From the NCBI GenBank assembly GCA_963675785.1, contig OY776562.1:544001-608000 (forward strand): a stretch of DNA of 64,000 bases, given 5' to 3'. The notes below the pieces were generated by a model. That model did not search any database. It was not told where the DNA came from and saw nothing but the letters and a program-made list of their open reading frames with translations. Shown here one piece after another: positions 28,491 to 40,571 of this stretch. Both the position numbers and the translations under genes were made by a program. The stretch's first letter is position 1. Every line of letters begins with the position of its first letter. This DNA comes from Anaerolineae bacterium. Lineage in GTDB: Bacteria > Chloroflexota > Anaerolineae > UBA1429.

Positions 28491-29894
28491 ATGGTTCATC
28501 TGGGTATCGATATTGGCACAACTTCATTGGCTGTAGCTGTCATTGCTGACGAGCCACCCCTGGTTCTGGCTGCACGTTCTGAACCGCATGGCGCTGGCTC
28601 GCAAACGCTTGTGACAGATGGATTCGAATGCCGGCTTGACCTAGCAATCGTGCAAGCCCGTCTTGCAGGATTGGTCGCAGGCGTTTTGGCGCAGCTTGGC
28701 CATCCTGCTATCGACTCTATCGGTATCACTGGGCAGATGCACGGCTTTGCGTTCGTCGATGATCAGGGCAGCGCGGTGGCATCAGCCTGGACATGGCAGG
28801 ATACCACCGTCATGGGGAATGCCTTTAATGGCCATACCTGGTTGGAAGCCTATGTGTCTGCTTGTGGTGGCCTTGCGGCTTTTGCTCATACAGGAACACA
28901 TCCTTCTGCTGGCTATGCTGGACCAATGGTCTTTCGGTTGTTACAAAAGGGACTAATGCCAGCGGACGCCCGAGTTTTACCTATTCCCGATGCTTTGGGC
29001 GCCTGGCTAATAGGGACTATTCCGGCCGTTGGGCGTTCAACGGCGGCCTCTTTTGGCTTGCTCGATCTGGAGATCGGTGATTGGGATGCACACCTCCTTC
29101 AAGATGCGGACCTGGAGGGATTGCTACCGCCTGTGGCCGAGTGCACACTTGTAGGGCGTGTTCAGCAAGAGCGCCTGCCAGAGTTGGCAGGTGTTCCTGT
29201 GATTTGCGCCCTGGGCGATAATCAGGCCAGTTTTCTGGGTAGCGTTGCCGATGTCGGTGGCACGGTTCTGGTGAATGTGGGCACGGGAGCGCAACTTTCT
29301 TGCGCAATGCGTGGTGCCGATTTTACTGTGCACGAGTTGCGGCCTTATTGGGGAAACTATTTCCTCCAGGTGCAGGCCAGCCTGAGTGGGGGTACTTCTT
29401 TTGAGGTGTTGCGTCGCTTTTACGCCGATATCTTGACTAACTTTGGATTCGCCCCACCGGAGGACATGCTAGAACAGATGTGGCAACTTGCTGAAAAAGT
29501 ACCGAATGATGCTAACGGCCTCGAGATGGAGCCCCTTTTTGCCGGTGAGCGAGAGGTCCCCAGTTTGCGGGGCCAACTTACGGGCATCTCTTCTATCAAT
29601 CTGACGGCGGCTAATCTGTCCCGTGCACTGGTCGAGGGTTTGGCCCAGCATCTAGCCGACATGCTGCAAACACTGCGATCGCGCTCTCAGAAGAGTCTGG
29701 TGGGGGCGGGTAATGCCCTGGCGCGTAACGCTTTGCTGCGTGAGTCTCTGGCACGTTGCACCAGACTGCCCTTGACGATGGCACCTTTTGATGAGGCAGC
29801 AGCCGTGGGTGCTGCATTGTATGGCTTGGCTACTACTAGAGCGTGGGATTTGCTACAAACTGCACATTGGCTGGAGGCTGCAAAGTGCAGATAG
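28491..29894 (+). CDS. FGGY carbohydrate kinase (sedoheptulokinase-like)
   Basis: LGIDIGTTS, IGITGQMHG, TWQD, ALGDNQASFLG, VNVGTGAQLS, GAGNAL.RN. Confidence 0.85.
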   Translation: MVHLGIDIGTTSLAVAVIADEPPLVLAARSEPHGAGSQTLVTDGFECRLDLAIVQARLAGLVAGVLAQLGHPAIDSIGITGQMHGFAFVDDQGSAVASAWTWQDTTVMGNAFNGHTWLEAYVSACGGLAAFAHTGTHPSAGYAGPMVFRLLQKGLMPADARVLPIPDALGAWLIGTIPAVGRSTAASFGLLDLEIGDWDAHLLQDADLEGLLPPVAECTLVGRVQQERLPELAGVPVICALGDNQASFLGSVADVGGTVLVNVGTGAQLSCAMRGADFTVHELRPYWGNYFLQVQASLSGGTSFEVLRRFYADILTNFGFAPPEDMLEQMWQLAEKVPNDANGLEMEPLFAGEREVPSLRGQLTGISSINLTAANLSRALVEGLAQHLADMLQTLRSRSQKSLVGAGNALARNALLRESLARCTRLPLTMAPFDEAAAVGAALYGLATTRAWDLLQTAHWLEAAKCR

Positions 29895-29899
29895 GGTTC

Positions 29900-29928
29900 T
29901 TGACAACCTCTAGTGCCTATGCTATTAT
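29900..29928 (+). promoter_or_regulatory. Sigma70 promoter of groESL
   Basis: TTGACA-N17-TATTAT with an extended -10 TG. Confidence 0.75.
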
Positions 29929-29929
29929 T

Positions 29930-29956
29930 CTAGCACTCTGAGCCTTCGAGTGCTAG
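29930..29956. promoter_or_regulatory. CIRCE element (HrcA operator)
   Basis: CTAGCACTC-N9-GAGTGCTAG, matching the TTAGCACTC-N9-GAGTGCTAA consensus, just upstream of groES. Confidence 0.92.
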
Positions 29957-30015
29957 AATCGTAATCGAAGCTCTATGGGGTCGTGATTCATATCAAGTAT
30001 TTGGAGGTCGTGTAA

Positions 30016-31976
<1,961 letters not shown>

Positions 31977-31999
31977 GTTTCGCAGCCTACAGAGATATC

Positions 32000-32030
32000 A
32001 GCGTCCCCCCATATGGGGGGACGCTTTTTT
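32000..32030 (+). terminator. Intrinsic terminator after groEL
   Basis: AGCGTCCCCCC-ATAT-GGGGGGACGCT-TTTTT. Confidence 0.9.
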
Positions 32031-32045
32031 ATTGGGGCGGGGTTT

Positions 32046-32618
32046 TTACAAAAGGGACTGAATAACTGCTGCGACCTGTTGCGCCAGCAGCGCGTATCCT
32101 TGGAGATTATAATGCACCCCGTCGGGGAGTAGGATGTCATCACGCCCGGCTTGTATCACCACGTTGTAGAGATCGTTCATCGGAATATCCAATTTACTGG
32201 TAACGGCGCGGGCAAGGTCATTCACCTTTTGCACGTCCTCTTCATAGCGATCAAAATCCTTGTTAGCGTGGTGTCGTGCATAACTCACTGGTGTAGTTAG
32301 CGCGAACACGATCTTGGCATTGGTTTCGTTTTGCAAGCGGCTGAGAATGATGCGCAGATTCTCTTCATACACTTCGAACGGCGTTTGCAGGATTTGCGTG
32401 TCAAAGGGCCGTTTGATGTCGTGCAGGCCGCAGTTGAGGTGGACGATGTCAGGTTGATGGGCGACCATCCACTCATCCAAGTGAGCTAGCACGTTGCTGC
32501 TGGTGCCGCCATTTTCTTTGGGAGAGATGACTGTCGCCTTGTCGCCAAGCAGGGCGCGCACGCCATCTTCATATCCAAGCCGGATTGAATCGCCGATGAG
32601 TACCACGATTTTGCTCAT
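32046..32618 (-). CDS. SGNH/GDSL hydrolase
   Basis: LIGDSI, NCGLHD, DGVHY. Confidence 0.9.
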   Translation of the reverse strand: MSKIVVLIGDSIRLGYEDGVRALLGDKATVISPKENGGTSSNVLAHLDEWMVAHQPDIVHLNCGLHDIKRPFDTQILQTPFEVYEENLRIILSRLQNETNAKIVFALTTPVSYARHHANKDFDRYEEDVQKVNDLARAVTSKLDIPMNDLYNVVIQAGRDDILLPDGVHYNLQGYALLAQQVAAVIQSLL

Positions 32619-32699
32619 GTTACTGCTTTCTCCTCACTTGAGCACTGAATCAGCTATGTTTATAATCGGACGGAATGTAAACATCAACCGGGGGAAGAG

Positions 32700-33518
32700 A
32701 TGAGCACAGGGTTGGTATTGGCCTGGATATTTGCGGCCTTGATCGAGATTGTGGTTCCAATCATCGCCGCTATTTGGTTCGGCCGCAAGTATCACGTCAA
32801 GGTGGCGCCATTCTTGTACGGCGCGGCAATTTTCATCGTGTTTCAGTTGTTGCTGCGTATTCCTATTGTGCAATTGGTGGGAGCGCAGGTTTCGCCCTAT
32901 TTGGCCGGACGAATTGGACTGCAGGTGGTCTATTTGGCAGTGCTCGCTTTTACAGCGGCTCTGTTCGAGACGGGTGGTCGCTGGCTAGGTTATCGCTACT
33001 TGTTTGGCAAGTTGCAAAAGGACTGGGCCAACGGCGTAGCCTATGGCCTGGGGCATGGGGGTATCGAATCTGCATTGCTCGTTGGCCTTAGTGCTGTATC
33101 CAATCTGGTGGTAGCATTGGTAGTGGGGGCGATGGGAGCCGAGACTTTGAGCGCTCTGGATCCTACTGTGGCCGCCCAGTTGACCAGCGTGCCACAAATA
33201 TTGACGGATGCAGGTGTGGTTGCGCCGCTTCTGGGCGCGCTGGAGCGTATGTTGACCATTCCCTTCCATGTAGCCATGTCGCTGCTGGTGCTTCTTTCTT
33301 TTACCCGAGGCGAATCCAAGTGGTTCTGGTTGGCGATGGCCGCCCATACGTTTGTCGATTTTACGGCACCCGGACTATCGGCCTTTGGCATTTTGCCCGC
33401 CTGGGGTGTGGAACTCTATATCGCCATCTTTACAGCTCTGTCCATCGTGCTAGTTCTCAAGCTCAAGGGAGAAGGGGATACGGAACCGATTTCTATTGGA
33501 GAGCCCGAGTCGATCTAA
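32700..33518 (+). CDS. YhfC family intramembrane metalloprotease
   Basis: ALFETGGR, YGLGHGGIE, LER..TI.FH..MS, AHTFVD; multi-TM. Confidence 0.85.
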   Translation: MSTGLVLAWIFAALIEIVVPIIAAIWFGRKYHVKVAPFLYGAAIFIVFQLLLRIPIVQLVGAQVSPYLAGRIGLQVVYLAVLAFTAALFETGGRWLGYRYLFGKLQKDWANGVAYGLGHGGIESALLVGLSAVSNLVVALVVGAMGAETLSALDPTVAAQLTSVPQILTDAGVVAPLLGALERMLTIPFHVAMSLLVLLSFTRGESKWFWLAMAAHTFVDFTAPGLSAFGILPAWGVELYIAIFTALSIVLVLKLKGEGDTEPISIGEPESI

Positions 33519-33548
33519 AAAAAGGGGAGCCTTAGGCTCCCCTTTTTG
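33517..33548. terminator. Bidirectional intrinsic terminator
   Basis: AAAAAAAGGGGAGCC-tta-GGCTCCCCTTTTTT. Confidence 0.88.
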
Positions 33549-33559
33549 GTGTAGTACGT

Positions 33560-34561
33560 TCAGAAGGAACGCTGGGCGCTCTTGTCTTCCCACATATCGA
33601 TATAGGGGCCATAGCCCTGCTTGAGTTCTTCGGAGACGTCGTCCAATGCTTGGAGAACATCGGCAGGTATGTTTGATTGCAGGGATTCGAGATTGCGCAC
33701 CAGCTGAGATCGCTTGCGCCCGCCCATGAGCGTACTAGAGACGGATTTGTGGGAAACGATCCAGCCATAGGCCAATTGGGCCATGGGAATGCCCGATTCT
33801 GCCGAGATAGCGCGCATGCCGTCTAGCATGGTGAACACTTCTTTTTCAAAGCCGGGTTCGGAATGACGGGTGCGGCCACGGCCTCCCCTAAAGTGACGCG
33901 TGCCAGCGCGGAACTCGGGCACGTCATCTGCTGTGGGATAGATGCCAGCCAACAGGCCCTGCATTAGGCCCATATAGGCAATGATCGAGATGCCGTACTT
34001 GCGGCAGCTGGGCATCACCTCGAACTCGATGGCGCGAGTGGCTAGATTGTAAGCCACCTGGTTGCTGGCGATGGGCGCCCCCGTCCAGACGATGCGATCG
34101 AGCTGCTGGACGCCAAAGTTGCTTACGCCCATGGTGCGGATTTTTCCCTCTTTGCGCAGGGCCTGAAGGGTATCGACGGCGGCATCGACAGTCTCGTCTG
34201 GTATGGGCCAGTGAATTTGATATAGGTCGAGGTAATCAGTGTTCAGCCGCTTGAGGCTGGCTTCACAACTGGCACGCAGAGAATCAGGATTGACGGCGTT
34301 CCAGGGACATACCTTGCTAGCGATGATCACTTGATCCCGTTTGCCTGCCAAGGCCTTGCCCAGCACGATTTCGCTTTGGCCTTCATTATACAGTTCGGCG
34401 GTATCGAAAAAGTTGATGCCGGCATCGATGGCTGCGTGAACGGTGGCAATACCCTCGGCTTCGTCGGTGTCTTCCCAACCGCTGCCGCCGCCCAGGGGCC
34501 AGGCGCCAAATCCTACAATGCTGACTCGAAGGTCGGAGCCTCCAAGAGGTCTGTATTCCAC
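33560..34561 (-). CDS. Aldo/keto reductase
   Basis: GFGAW, FFDTAELY, IASK, LDLYQIHWP, GVSNF. Confidence 0.93.
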   Translation of the reverse strand: MEYRPLGGSDLRVSIVGFGAWPLGGGSGWEDTDEAEGIATVHAAIDAGINFFDTAELYNEGQSEIVLGKALAGKRDQVIIASKVCPWNAVNPDSLRASCEASLKRLNTDYLDLYQIHWPIPDETVDAAVDTLQALRKEGKIRTMGVSNFGVQQLDRIVWTGAPIASNQVAYNLATRAIEFEVMPSCRKYGISIIAYMGLMQGLLAGIYPTADDVPEFRAGTRHFRGGRGRTRHSEPGFEKEVFTMLDGMRAISAESGIPMAQLAYGWIVSHKSVSSTLMGGRKRSQLVRNLESLQSNIPADVLQALDDVSEELKQGYGPYIDMWEDKSAQRSF

Positions 34562-34705
34562 GTGGTTTTCTCCTCAACTACAATGACGATCGCTCAAATC
34601 TTAGGTTCGGTGGGCGGGGCTGTCAAGGTGTTGATTGGGGCATCGTTGACGGCCCGCGTAGCCTGTTCTAGAATGCTTGACAGTCTATACAGGGAAAGAG
34701 CGTAG

Positions 34706-35800
34706 ATGATTCACATTTTACACACATCAGATGTGCAGCTCGATGCAACTTTGGGGTTCTTGGGGGAGCGTGCGCCCGAGCAACGCCGCCGTCTGCTGAC
34801 TACCTTTGAGCGTATTCTTGCGCTTGCCGTGGATGGGCATTATGACCTGGTGGTGATTGCTGGCGATCTCTTTGATACGCCCAGGCCCACTGAAGCCACG
34901 TTGACTCGCGCTCAGCGGGCTTGTGGAGCTAACTGCCTGCCCATCGCCATTCTGCCCGGCAACCATGATCATTATGGCCAGGGCTCGGTCTATCGCGACA
35001 GCCGCTGGCCAAGCAATGTGCACATTATGGATGGCCAGCCCTGGCAGCCGGCCGGCCTCGATTTGCTGGTGCACGGCCACCCCTTGGCCTCGGCGCACGA
35101 TTCGCGCCCGTTGAACGATGTGACTCGTAGCGGTGACTGTCAGTTCGAGATCGCCCTGGCCCATGGTAATTATGAGCGCGCCGACTTTGGCCAAGTGAGC
35201 CGACCCATCAGTGCTGAGGCACTGCGCGCTACGGGCATGGACTATGTGGCTTTGGGCGATTGGCATGCGCCTGCCGAATACAGCCAGAGCAGTGTAAAAG
35301 CTTGGTATAGCGGCGCACCAGAGCCCACGGCTTTCTCGCAGGCGGATGCTGGCTATGTGTTGGATGTTCGCCTGGATGATACAGGTGTCTCGGTGAACCC
35401 CGTGCAAGTGGGCGAGAGCCGTGCCCAGGTGCTGGAACTTGATGCCACCGGCCTTACGGCTGAACAAGTGGAAACGCGTATTACTCAGTTGGCCGATCCT
35501 TTGTTGATGCTGGATGTGCATATCTATGGCGCGGTTTTGCCCGGCGAGCTGGTGGATGTGAACCAACTTGCGGCCCGAATCGAGGCTTCCTTCTTTTCAC
35601 TACGCATCAGCGATGATGCCCACGTATTGGCGGCCTCGCTGGAGGATATCGAGCGCGAAGGATCGCCACTACGAGCCAGCTATGTGCGATTGATGCGGGC
35701 CCGGATGCAAGAGGCTGTGGATGAGACCGAACGATACCGCTTGGAGCGCGCGTTGGCCCTGGGTTTGGCGCTGCTCGATGGAAAGCGGGTGCTCTCATGA
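34706..35800 (+). CDS. Mre11/SbcD-like metallophosphoesterase (YhaO-type)
   Basis: HTSDVQL, AGDLFD, PGNHD, ALAHG, YVALGDWH, YSGAPEP. Confidence 0.88.
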   Translation: MIHILHTSDVQLDATLGFLGERAPEQRRRLLTTFERILALAVDGHYDLVVIAGDLFDTPRPTEATLTRAQRACGANCLPIAILPGNHDHYGQGSVYRDSRWPSNVHIMDGQPWQPAGLDLLVHGHPLASAHDSRPLNDVTRSGDCQFEIALAHGNYERADFGQVSRPISAEALRATGMDYVALGDWHAPAEYSQSSVKAWYSGAPEPTAFSQADAGYVLDVRLDDTGVSVNPVQVGESRAQVLELDATGLTAEQVETRITQLADPLLMLDVHIYGAVLPGELVDVNQLAARIEASFFSLRISDDAHVLAASLEDIEREGSPLRASYVRLMRARMQEAVDETERYRLERALALGLALLDGKRVLS

Positions 35801-38028
35801 GAATTCGAGAGATGCAGGTTCACCGCTTTCGCCAACATTTGGATGCCCACTATGTCTTTGATGAGGGTTTGAATGTCATTGTGGGGCCTAATGAATCGGG
35901 CAAAAGCTCGCTGCAAATGGCCATTCTTTTTGCCCTGTTTGGCAATCCACGCCATACCACGCTGGATCGCAAGATCAAAGTGGACGACTATGCCACTTGG
36001 GGCGCTAATGCGCCTTTTGCCATTGAGCTGGATTTTGATGCTGCTGGCGGTAGTTACCACCTGGCCAAGGATTGGCAAGCCGGCACCGCACGGCTAGAAC
36101 TGCCCGAAGGTGCTCCGCTGACCGATGCTGACGCAGTGCAGCAGACCATGGAGGTTTTGATCGGCTGTGTTTCTTCTGGCCTTTATATGAACACTGCTTG
36201 TGTTCGCCAGGATGATCTGGCCTCAATTACGGATGGTCAGGCGGCTATTGGCGCAGCTTTATTACAACGCCTCTCCAGCGCCGACGAACCCAGTTTGGCC
36301 GATGTAACGGCCCTATTGGATAAATCCGTGAGTGCGCAAAAGAACAAAGGCAACAAAGCCCCCGGATCCATCGTCAGGATTCCGCGCGAACTGGATACTC
36401 TGTCGCAAGAGATGGCCCGCATTCGACCAGATGCTGATCGTGTTCATGAGGCTCGTGAAGAGCTCGCCGAGTTGCAAGCACGCCATTCCGAGATTGCGGT
36501 AGCCCTCAAGGAGCAGGAGGCTATCAAAGAGGCCTTGGCTCGATCGTCGCGCTGGGAAGCCCAGCAAGCCCAAGCCCAACAGGATGAGGTTGCACTGGAA
36601 GATTCGTTGGAGCGCATTGATGTGGCCCTCAAACGCCAGGCAGAGGCGGCAGCCTTGGAGGTTGAACTACAAGCCTTTGGCGTTGAAGGTTTGAACCAGG
36701 AAGTGAACAATGCTTCTACACGTGCCGAGGTGGCCGCCGAGCAAACGCAGGCGCTCTCTTTCGAGTTCGAGGACAAACAGTGCGAGACGAACGAGATACT
36801 GGCCGAACTCGACCGACGCCGTGACGAGCTGGAATCTGTGGATTCTGCTGTCGCAGAAAAAAAGCCCGTTTCTTTTGTGGCCTTGATTGCTGGGGCCGTG
36901 TTGCTGATTGTCGGAGGGCTGCTCTATTCCAGCAATCACACCTTGGGCCCTGTCATCGCCGTAACTGGGGGTATCATCCTGAGCGTGCAGATGATTCTGC
37001 AACGGCAGAAGGCAGCCAAGGTTCGTGCTGTGCAGGAACAACGCAAGACCGAGCTGGTTGATATCGAGATGCAACGCACCCATCTACACGAGGCATTGGA
37101 AGAGGTGCGGCAGGCGCTGGCGAAAGCCAATGAGGCTGAGTCCAAAGCCCAGCAGAATGTAGCGCAATTGCTGGCTCGGACCGGGGCAGCTTCTCTGGCC
37201 GATTTCACTGAAAAGAATGGCCAATATCAACAGGCGCACCAAACGCGCCTTCTCGCCCAAACTGAACTAGAGACCTTACTGCAGGGTAGGCCGCGTGAGG
37301 AACTGGAAACGGCGCGGAGGAATGCCTCCAAAGTGCGACGTGATGCCCTCGAGGCTCTAGAAGATGAAAGTATTGCTGCTGTGGTGGACATGAGTGCTGC
37401 AGAGCGCCAGCGGATTGTGAACCAGATTGAGGCCTTGGAAGAGCAGGCTGACGAACTGGATGATAAGCTCATTCGCTGCCAGACGATCATTGAACATGCC
37501 GGTGACGCCGATACGCGTTTACTGGATCTGGAGGCACGCCAGCAAAGTCTGCAGGAGCAGCTCAAACGGGCTGAAGACTGGTTGAGCGTGTGCCAGATTG
37601 CCCAAGAGGTTATGCAAGAGGCGGGCGTGGTGGCGGCAGAGACCGTGCGCGAGCGCCTAGAGCCCGTTATTTCTGATTCACTACACATGCTGACTGAACA
37701 CTATGTCCAGGCTCGAGTCAATGCCGATCTCTCAGTCGAGGTATATGATGCGGCGGCGGATCGCTGGTTAACACCCGAGACCGGCACCCTGAGCGAAGGG
37801 ACGGTGGATCAGGTCTATCTCATCAGCCGCCTGGCTATGGTGCAGGCCCTTTTTGACGACGATACGCCGCCTGTGATGCTGGATGACCCCTTTGTGACCT
37901 TTGATGCAGTCCGGCGGGCCAAAGCGCTGGCTTTATGCCGGGAACTGGCCTCCAAGTATCAGATTCTGCTGTTCACTTGTCATGCCGATTTGGCTACTGC
38001 TGATGACCACGTCATCGAGCTGATTTGA
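35797..38028 (+). CDS. Rad50/SbcC-like ATPase with a mid-coil TM hairpin (YhaN-type)
   Basis: Walker A GPNESGKS, long coiled coil, two hydrophobic helices near aa 360-400, signature LSEGT, Walker B MLDDPF; ATGA overlap with the nuclease gene. Confidence 0.85.
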   Translation: MRIREMQVHRFRQHLDAHYVFDEGLNVIVGPNESGKSSLQMAILFALFGNPRHTTLDRKIKVDDYATWGANAPFAIELDFDAAGGSYHLAKDWQAGTARLELPEGAPLTDADAVQQTMEVLIGCVSSGLYMNTACVRQDDLASITDGQAAIGAALLQRLSSADEPSLADVTALLDKSVSAQKNKGNKAPGSIVRIPRELDTLSQEMARIRPDADRVHEAREELAELQARHSEIAVALKEQEAIKEALARSSRWEAQQAQAQQDEVALEDSLERIDVALKRQAEAAALEVELQAFGVEGLNQEVNNASTRAEVAAEQTQALSFEFEDKQCETNEILAELDRRRDELESVDSAVAEKKPVSFVALIAGAVLLIVGGLLYSSNHTLGPVIAVTGGIILSVQMILQRQKAAKVRAVQEQRKTELVDIEMQRTHLHEALEEVRQALAKANEAESKAQQNVAQLLARTGAASLADFTEKNGQYQQAHQTRLLAQTELETLLQGRPREELETARRNASKVRRDALEALEDESIAAVVDMSAAERQRIVNQIEALEEQADELDDKLIRCQTIIEHAGDADTRLLDLEARQQSLQEQLKRAEDWLSVCQIAQEVMQEAGVVAAETVRERLEPVISDSLHMLTEHYVQARVNADLSVEVYDAAADRWLTPETGTLSEGTVDQVYLISRLAMVQALFDDDTPPVMLDDPFVTFDAVRRAKALALCRELASKYQILLFTCHADLATADDHVIELI

Positions 38029-38048
38029 TTGCAAACCAGGAGGGTATC

Positions 38049-39110
38049 ATGAAGTGTGCCGTGTTATATGGCGTGCGCGATGTGCGCATCGAGGATAGAC
38101 CCGTTCCTAATGCCGCTGCCGGGCAAGTGTTGGTACACATTACCCGTGTGGGCGTGTGCGGCAGTGACGTGCATTATTATACCAACGGACGTATTGGTGA
38201 TTTCATCGTCGAGGCCCCCATGATTTTGGGACACGAAAGCGCTGGTGTGATCGAGGCGGTGGGCGAGGGCGTAACTGGCTTTGCTCCTGGCGACCGCGTC
38301 ACTTTGGAGCCAGGTTATACCTGTGGCAAGTGTTTTTTTTGCAAGACTGGCCACTATAACCTCTGCCCCGATGTGACCTTTATGGCCACGCCGCCCATCG
38401 ATGGCGCCTTTTGCGAGTATGTGGCCTGGCCGGCCGATTTTTGTTACCACCTGCCTGATGGTATGAGCGATGAAGAGGGCGCCATGATGGAGCCGCTCTC
38501 GGTGGGCATGTGGGCTACGCGGCGCGGACAGGTCAAACCGGGCGATGCCGTGGCGGTGTTTGGTGCAGGGCCCATTGGTTTGGTGACCTTGCAGGCGGCT
38601 AAGGCCGCCGGGGCCACCACCTTGATCGCCGTGGATATCGAGGATTTTCGCCTCGACTGGGCTAAAAAGTTGGGAGCCACGCATACTGTCAATGCTCGTC
38701 AGGCGGATGCCATCGCCGAGATCATGCGCATCACCGATGGACTGCGCGGCGCTGGCGCAGCCTTTGCTGGCGTGGATGTGGCCTTTGAGACTGCGGGTGC
38801 GGTGCCCACCACGCGCAATGCCTTGGCTGCGACCCGTCGCGGTGGGGTGGCGGTGTTGGTGGGGCTTCCGCCCGATGCCATGGTTGAGTTAGATATCGTC
38901 TCGGCAGCCAGCAAAGAGATAGATATCCGCGGCATGTTCCGCTATGCCAACCAGTATCCGGCATCGCTGGCCTTGGTATCTGCGGGGACTATCGACGTGG
39001 CCTCGTTAGTGACGCATCACTTTTCTTTGGACAAGGCCGAGGATGCCCTGCGTTTTGCCGACGAGCACAAGTCAGAAGCCATCAAGGTTGTTGTTGACAT
39101 AACGGAGTAG
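38049..39110 (+). CDS. Zn-dependent polyol (sorbitol/xylitol-type) dehydrogenase
   Basis: GVCGSDVHYY, LGHE, C..C..C.......C, GAGPIG, FRYAN.Y. Confidence 0.9.
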   Translation: MKCAVLYGVRDVRIEDRPVPNAAAGQVLVHITRVGVCGSDVHYYTNGRIGDFIVEAPMILGHESAGVIEAVGEGVTGFAPGDRVTLEPGYTCGKCFFCKTGHYNLCPDVTFMATPPIDGAFCEYVAWPADFCYHLPDGMSDEEGAMMEPLSVGMWATRRGQVKPGDAVAVFGAGPIGLVTLQAAKAAGATTLIAVDIEDFRLDWAKKLGATHTVNARQADAIAEIMRITDGLRGAGAAFAGVDVAFETAGAVPTTRNALAATRRGGVAVLVGLPPDAMVELDIVSAASKEIDIRGMFRYANQYPASLALVSAGTIDVASLVTHHFSLDKAEDALRFADEHKSEAIKVVVDITE

Positions 39111-39113
39111 AGT

Positions 39114-40556
39114 GTGAATTTCATCTTTTTCTTTCCCGACGAGATGCGCGCTGACGATATTTCATGCTATGGGCATCCGTTGGTACAGATGCCCAACTAT
39201 GATCGCCTAGCACAAGACGGCGTACGCTTTGAGCAGTGCCATGTACAGCACACGGTTTGTTCGCCCTCACGCTGCAGCCTGTTCACCGGTTGGTATCCGC
39301 ACGTGGCTGGGCATCGCACGCTGTGGCATTTGCTGCGTCCTCACGAGCCTAACCTGCTGCGTTACCTGCACCAGGCCGGTTATCACGTCGAGTGGTTTGG
39401 CAAGAACGACGTGTTTGCCCCGGAATGCTTTGCTAAAGCCGTTGACCATTGGGAGAGCGCCTCGGGCGGACACAGTGGCCCCAACGCCCATGCTTTTAGC
39501 AGTGAGGCCTACTATAGCTTTGACGCCCAGCCCTTTGATGGCGCCTTGAGCGAGACCAGCGATATGAAGCAAGTGCAGGGCGGTATCGATTTCTTGCGCT
39601 CGCGCCAGCCCGATGACGCGCCCTTTTTCTTGTTTTTGCCGCTTTCTATGCCTCATCCGCCCTATGGCGCGCCCGAACCCTTCCATAGTATGTATGCTCC
39701 AGAAGATGTTCCCGATCTTCGCCCCACGGATCTAGAGGGCAAGCCCGATTACTATCAACTTGTTCGTAGCTATCGTCATCTCGACCAATTGGATGAGGTG
39801 ATGCTCAGGCATATCCGTGCCACCTACCTGGGCATGAACAGTTATTGCGATTGGATGCTTGGCCAATTGCTAAATGCTCTGGATGAAACCGGCCTAGCCG
39901 AGGAAACCTGCCTCATCGTCTCTTCCGACCACGGCGATTGGGCCGGCGATTACGGCCTGGTGGAAAAGTGGCCCAGCGCTCTGGACGATTGCCTGACCCG
40001 CGTGCCCTTGCTGGTGCGTTTGCCCGGTGGCACCCAGGGAAGAACCATCGAGGGGCCAGTGGAGCTCATGGATTTGATGCCCACTGTGCTCGAACTGGCG
40101 GGGATCACCCCGCGACATACTCATTTCGCGACCTCGCTACTGCCCGAGCTGATGGGACAGCGCGATAATCTGCATCGCGCCGTCTATGCCGAGGGTGGCT
40201 ATGATCTCCATGAACCCCATTGCTTTGAGGGTCGCTGGAGTGATTACGATATTCCTCGCGATGAGCAGCATATCTATTGGCCCAAGGGCCTGCAGCAACA
40301 AGAACATCCCGAGAGCGTCTGCCGCTCGGCCATGGTGCGCACCCAGATGTTCAAGTTGGTTCAGCGTACCAACGGTGTCTGCGAGTTGTACGATTTGGAA
40401 CGTGACCCGCTGGAATTGGACAATGTTTACCGTGATCCCCGATATACAGATGTCCAGCGTCAGCTTGAAGCTGACTTGCTCAACTGGTATATGCGTACCG
40501 CTGATGTAACCCCCATGGACGAGAATCCGCGCGGTCTGCCCGGTCAAACTGAATGA
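39114..40556 (+). CDS. Cys-type sulfatase
   Basis: FPDEMR, CSPSR..LFTG, PHPPY, SDHGD, ELYDL..DP.E. Confidence 0.9.
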   Translation: MNFIFFFPDEMRADDISCYGHPLVQMPNYDRLAQDGVRFEQCHVQHTVCSPSRCSLFTGWYPHVAGHRTLWHLLRPHEPNLLRYLHQAGYHVEWFGKNDVFAPECFAKAVDHWESASGGHSGPNAHAFSSEAYYSFDAQPFDGALSETSDMKQVQGGIDFLRSRQPDDAPFFLFLPLSMPHPPYGAPEPFHSMYAPEDVPDLRPTDLEGKPDYYQLVRSYRHLDQLDEVMLRHIRATYLGMNSYCDWMLGQLLNALDETGLAEETCLIVSSDHGDWAGDYGLVEKWPSALDDCLTRVPLLVRLPGGTQGRTIEGPVELMDLMPTVLELAGITPRHTHFATSLLPELMGQRDNLHRAVYAEGGYDLHEPHCFEGRWSDYDIPRDEQHIYWPKGLQQQEHPESVCRSAMVRTQMFKLVQRTNGVCELYDLERDPLELDNVYRDPRYTDVQRQLEADLLNWYMRTADVTPMDENPRGLPGQTE

Positions 40557-40571
40557 TGTGAGGATAGATTG

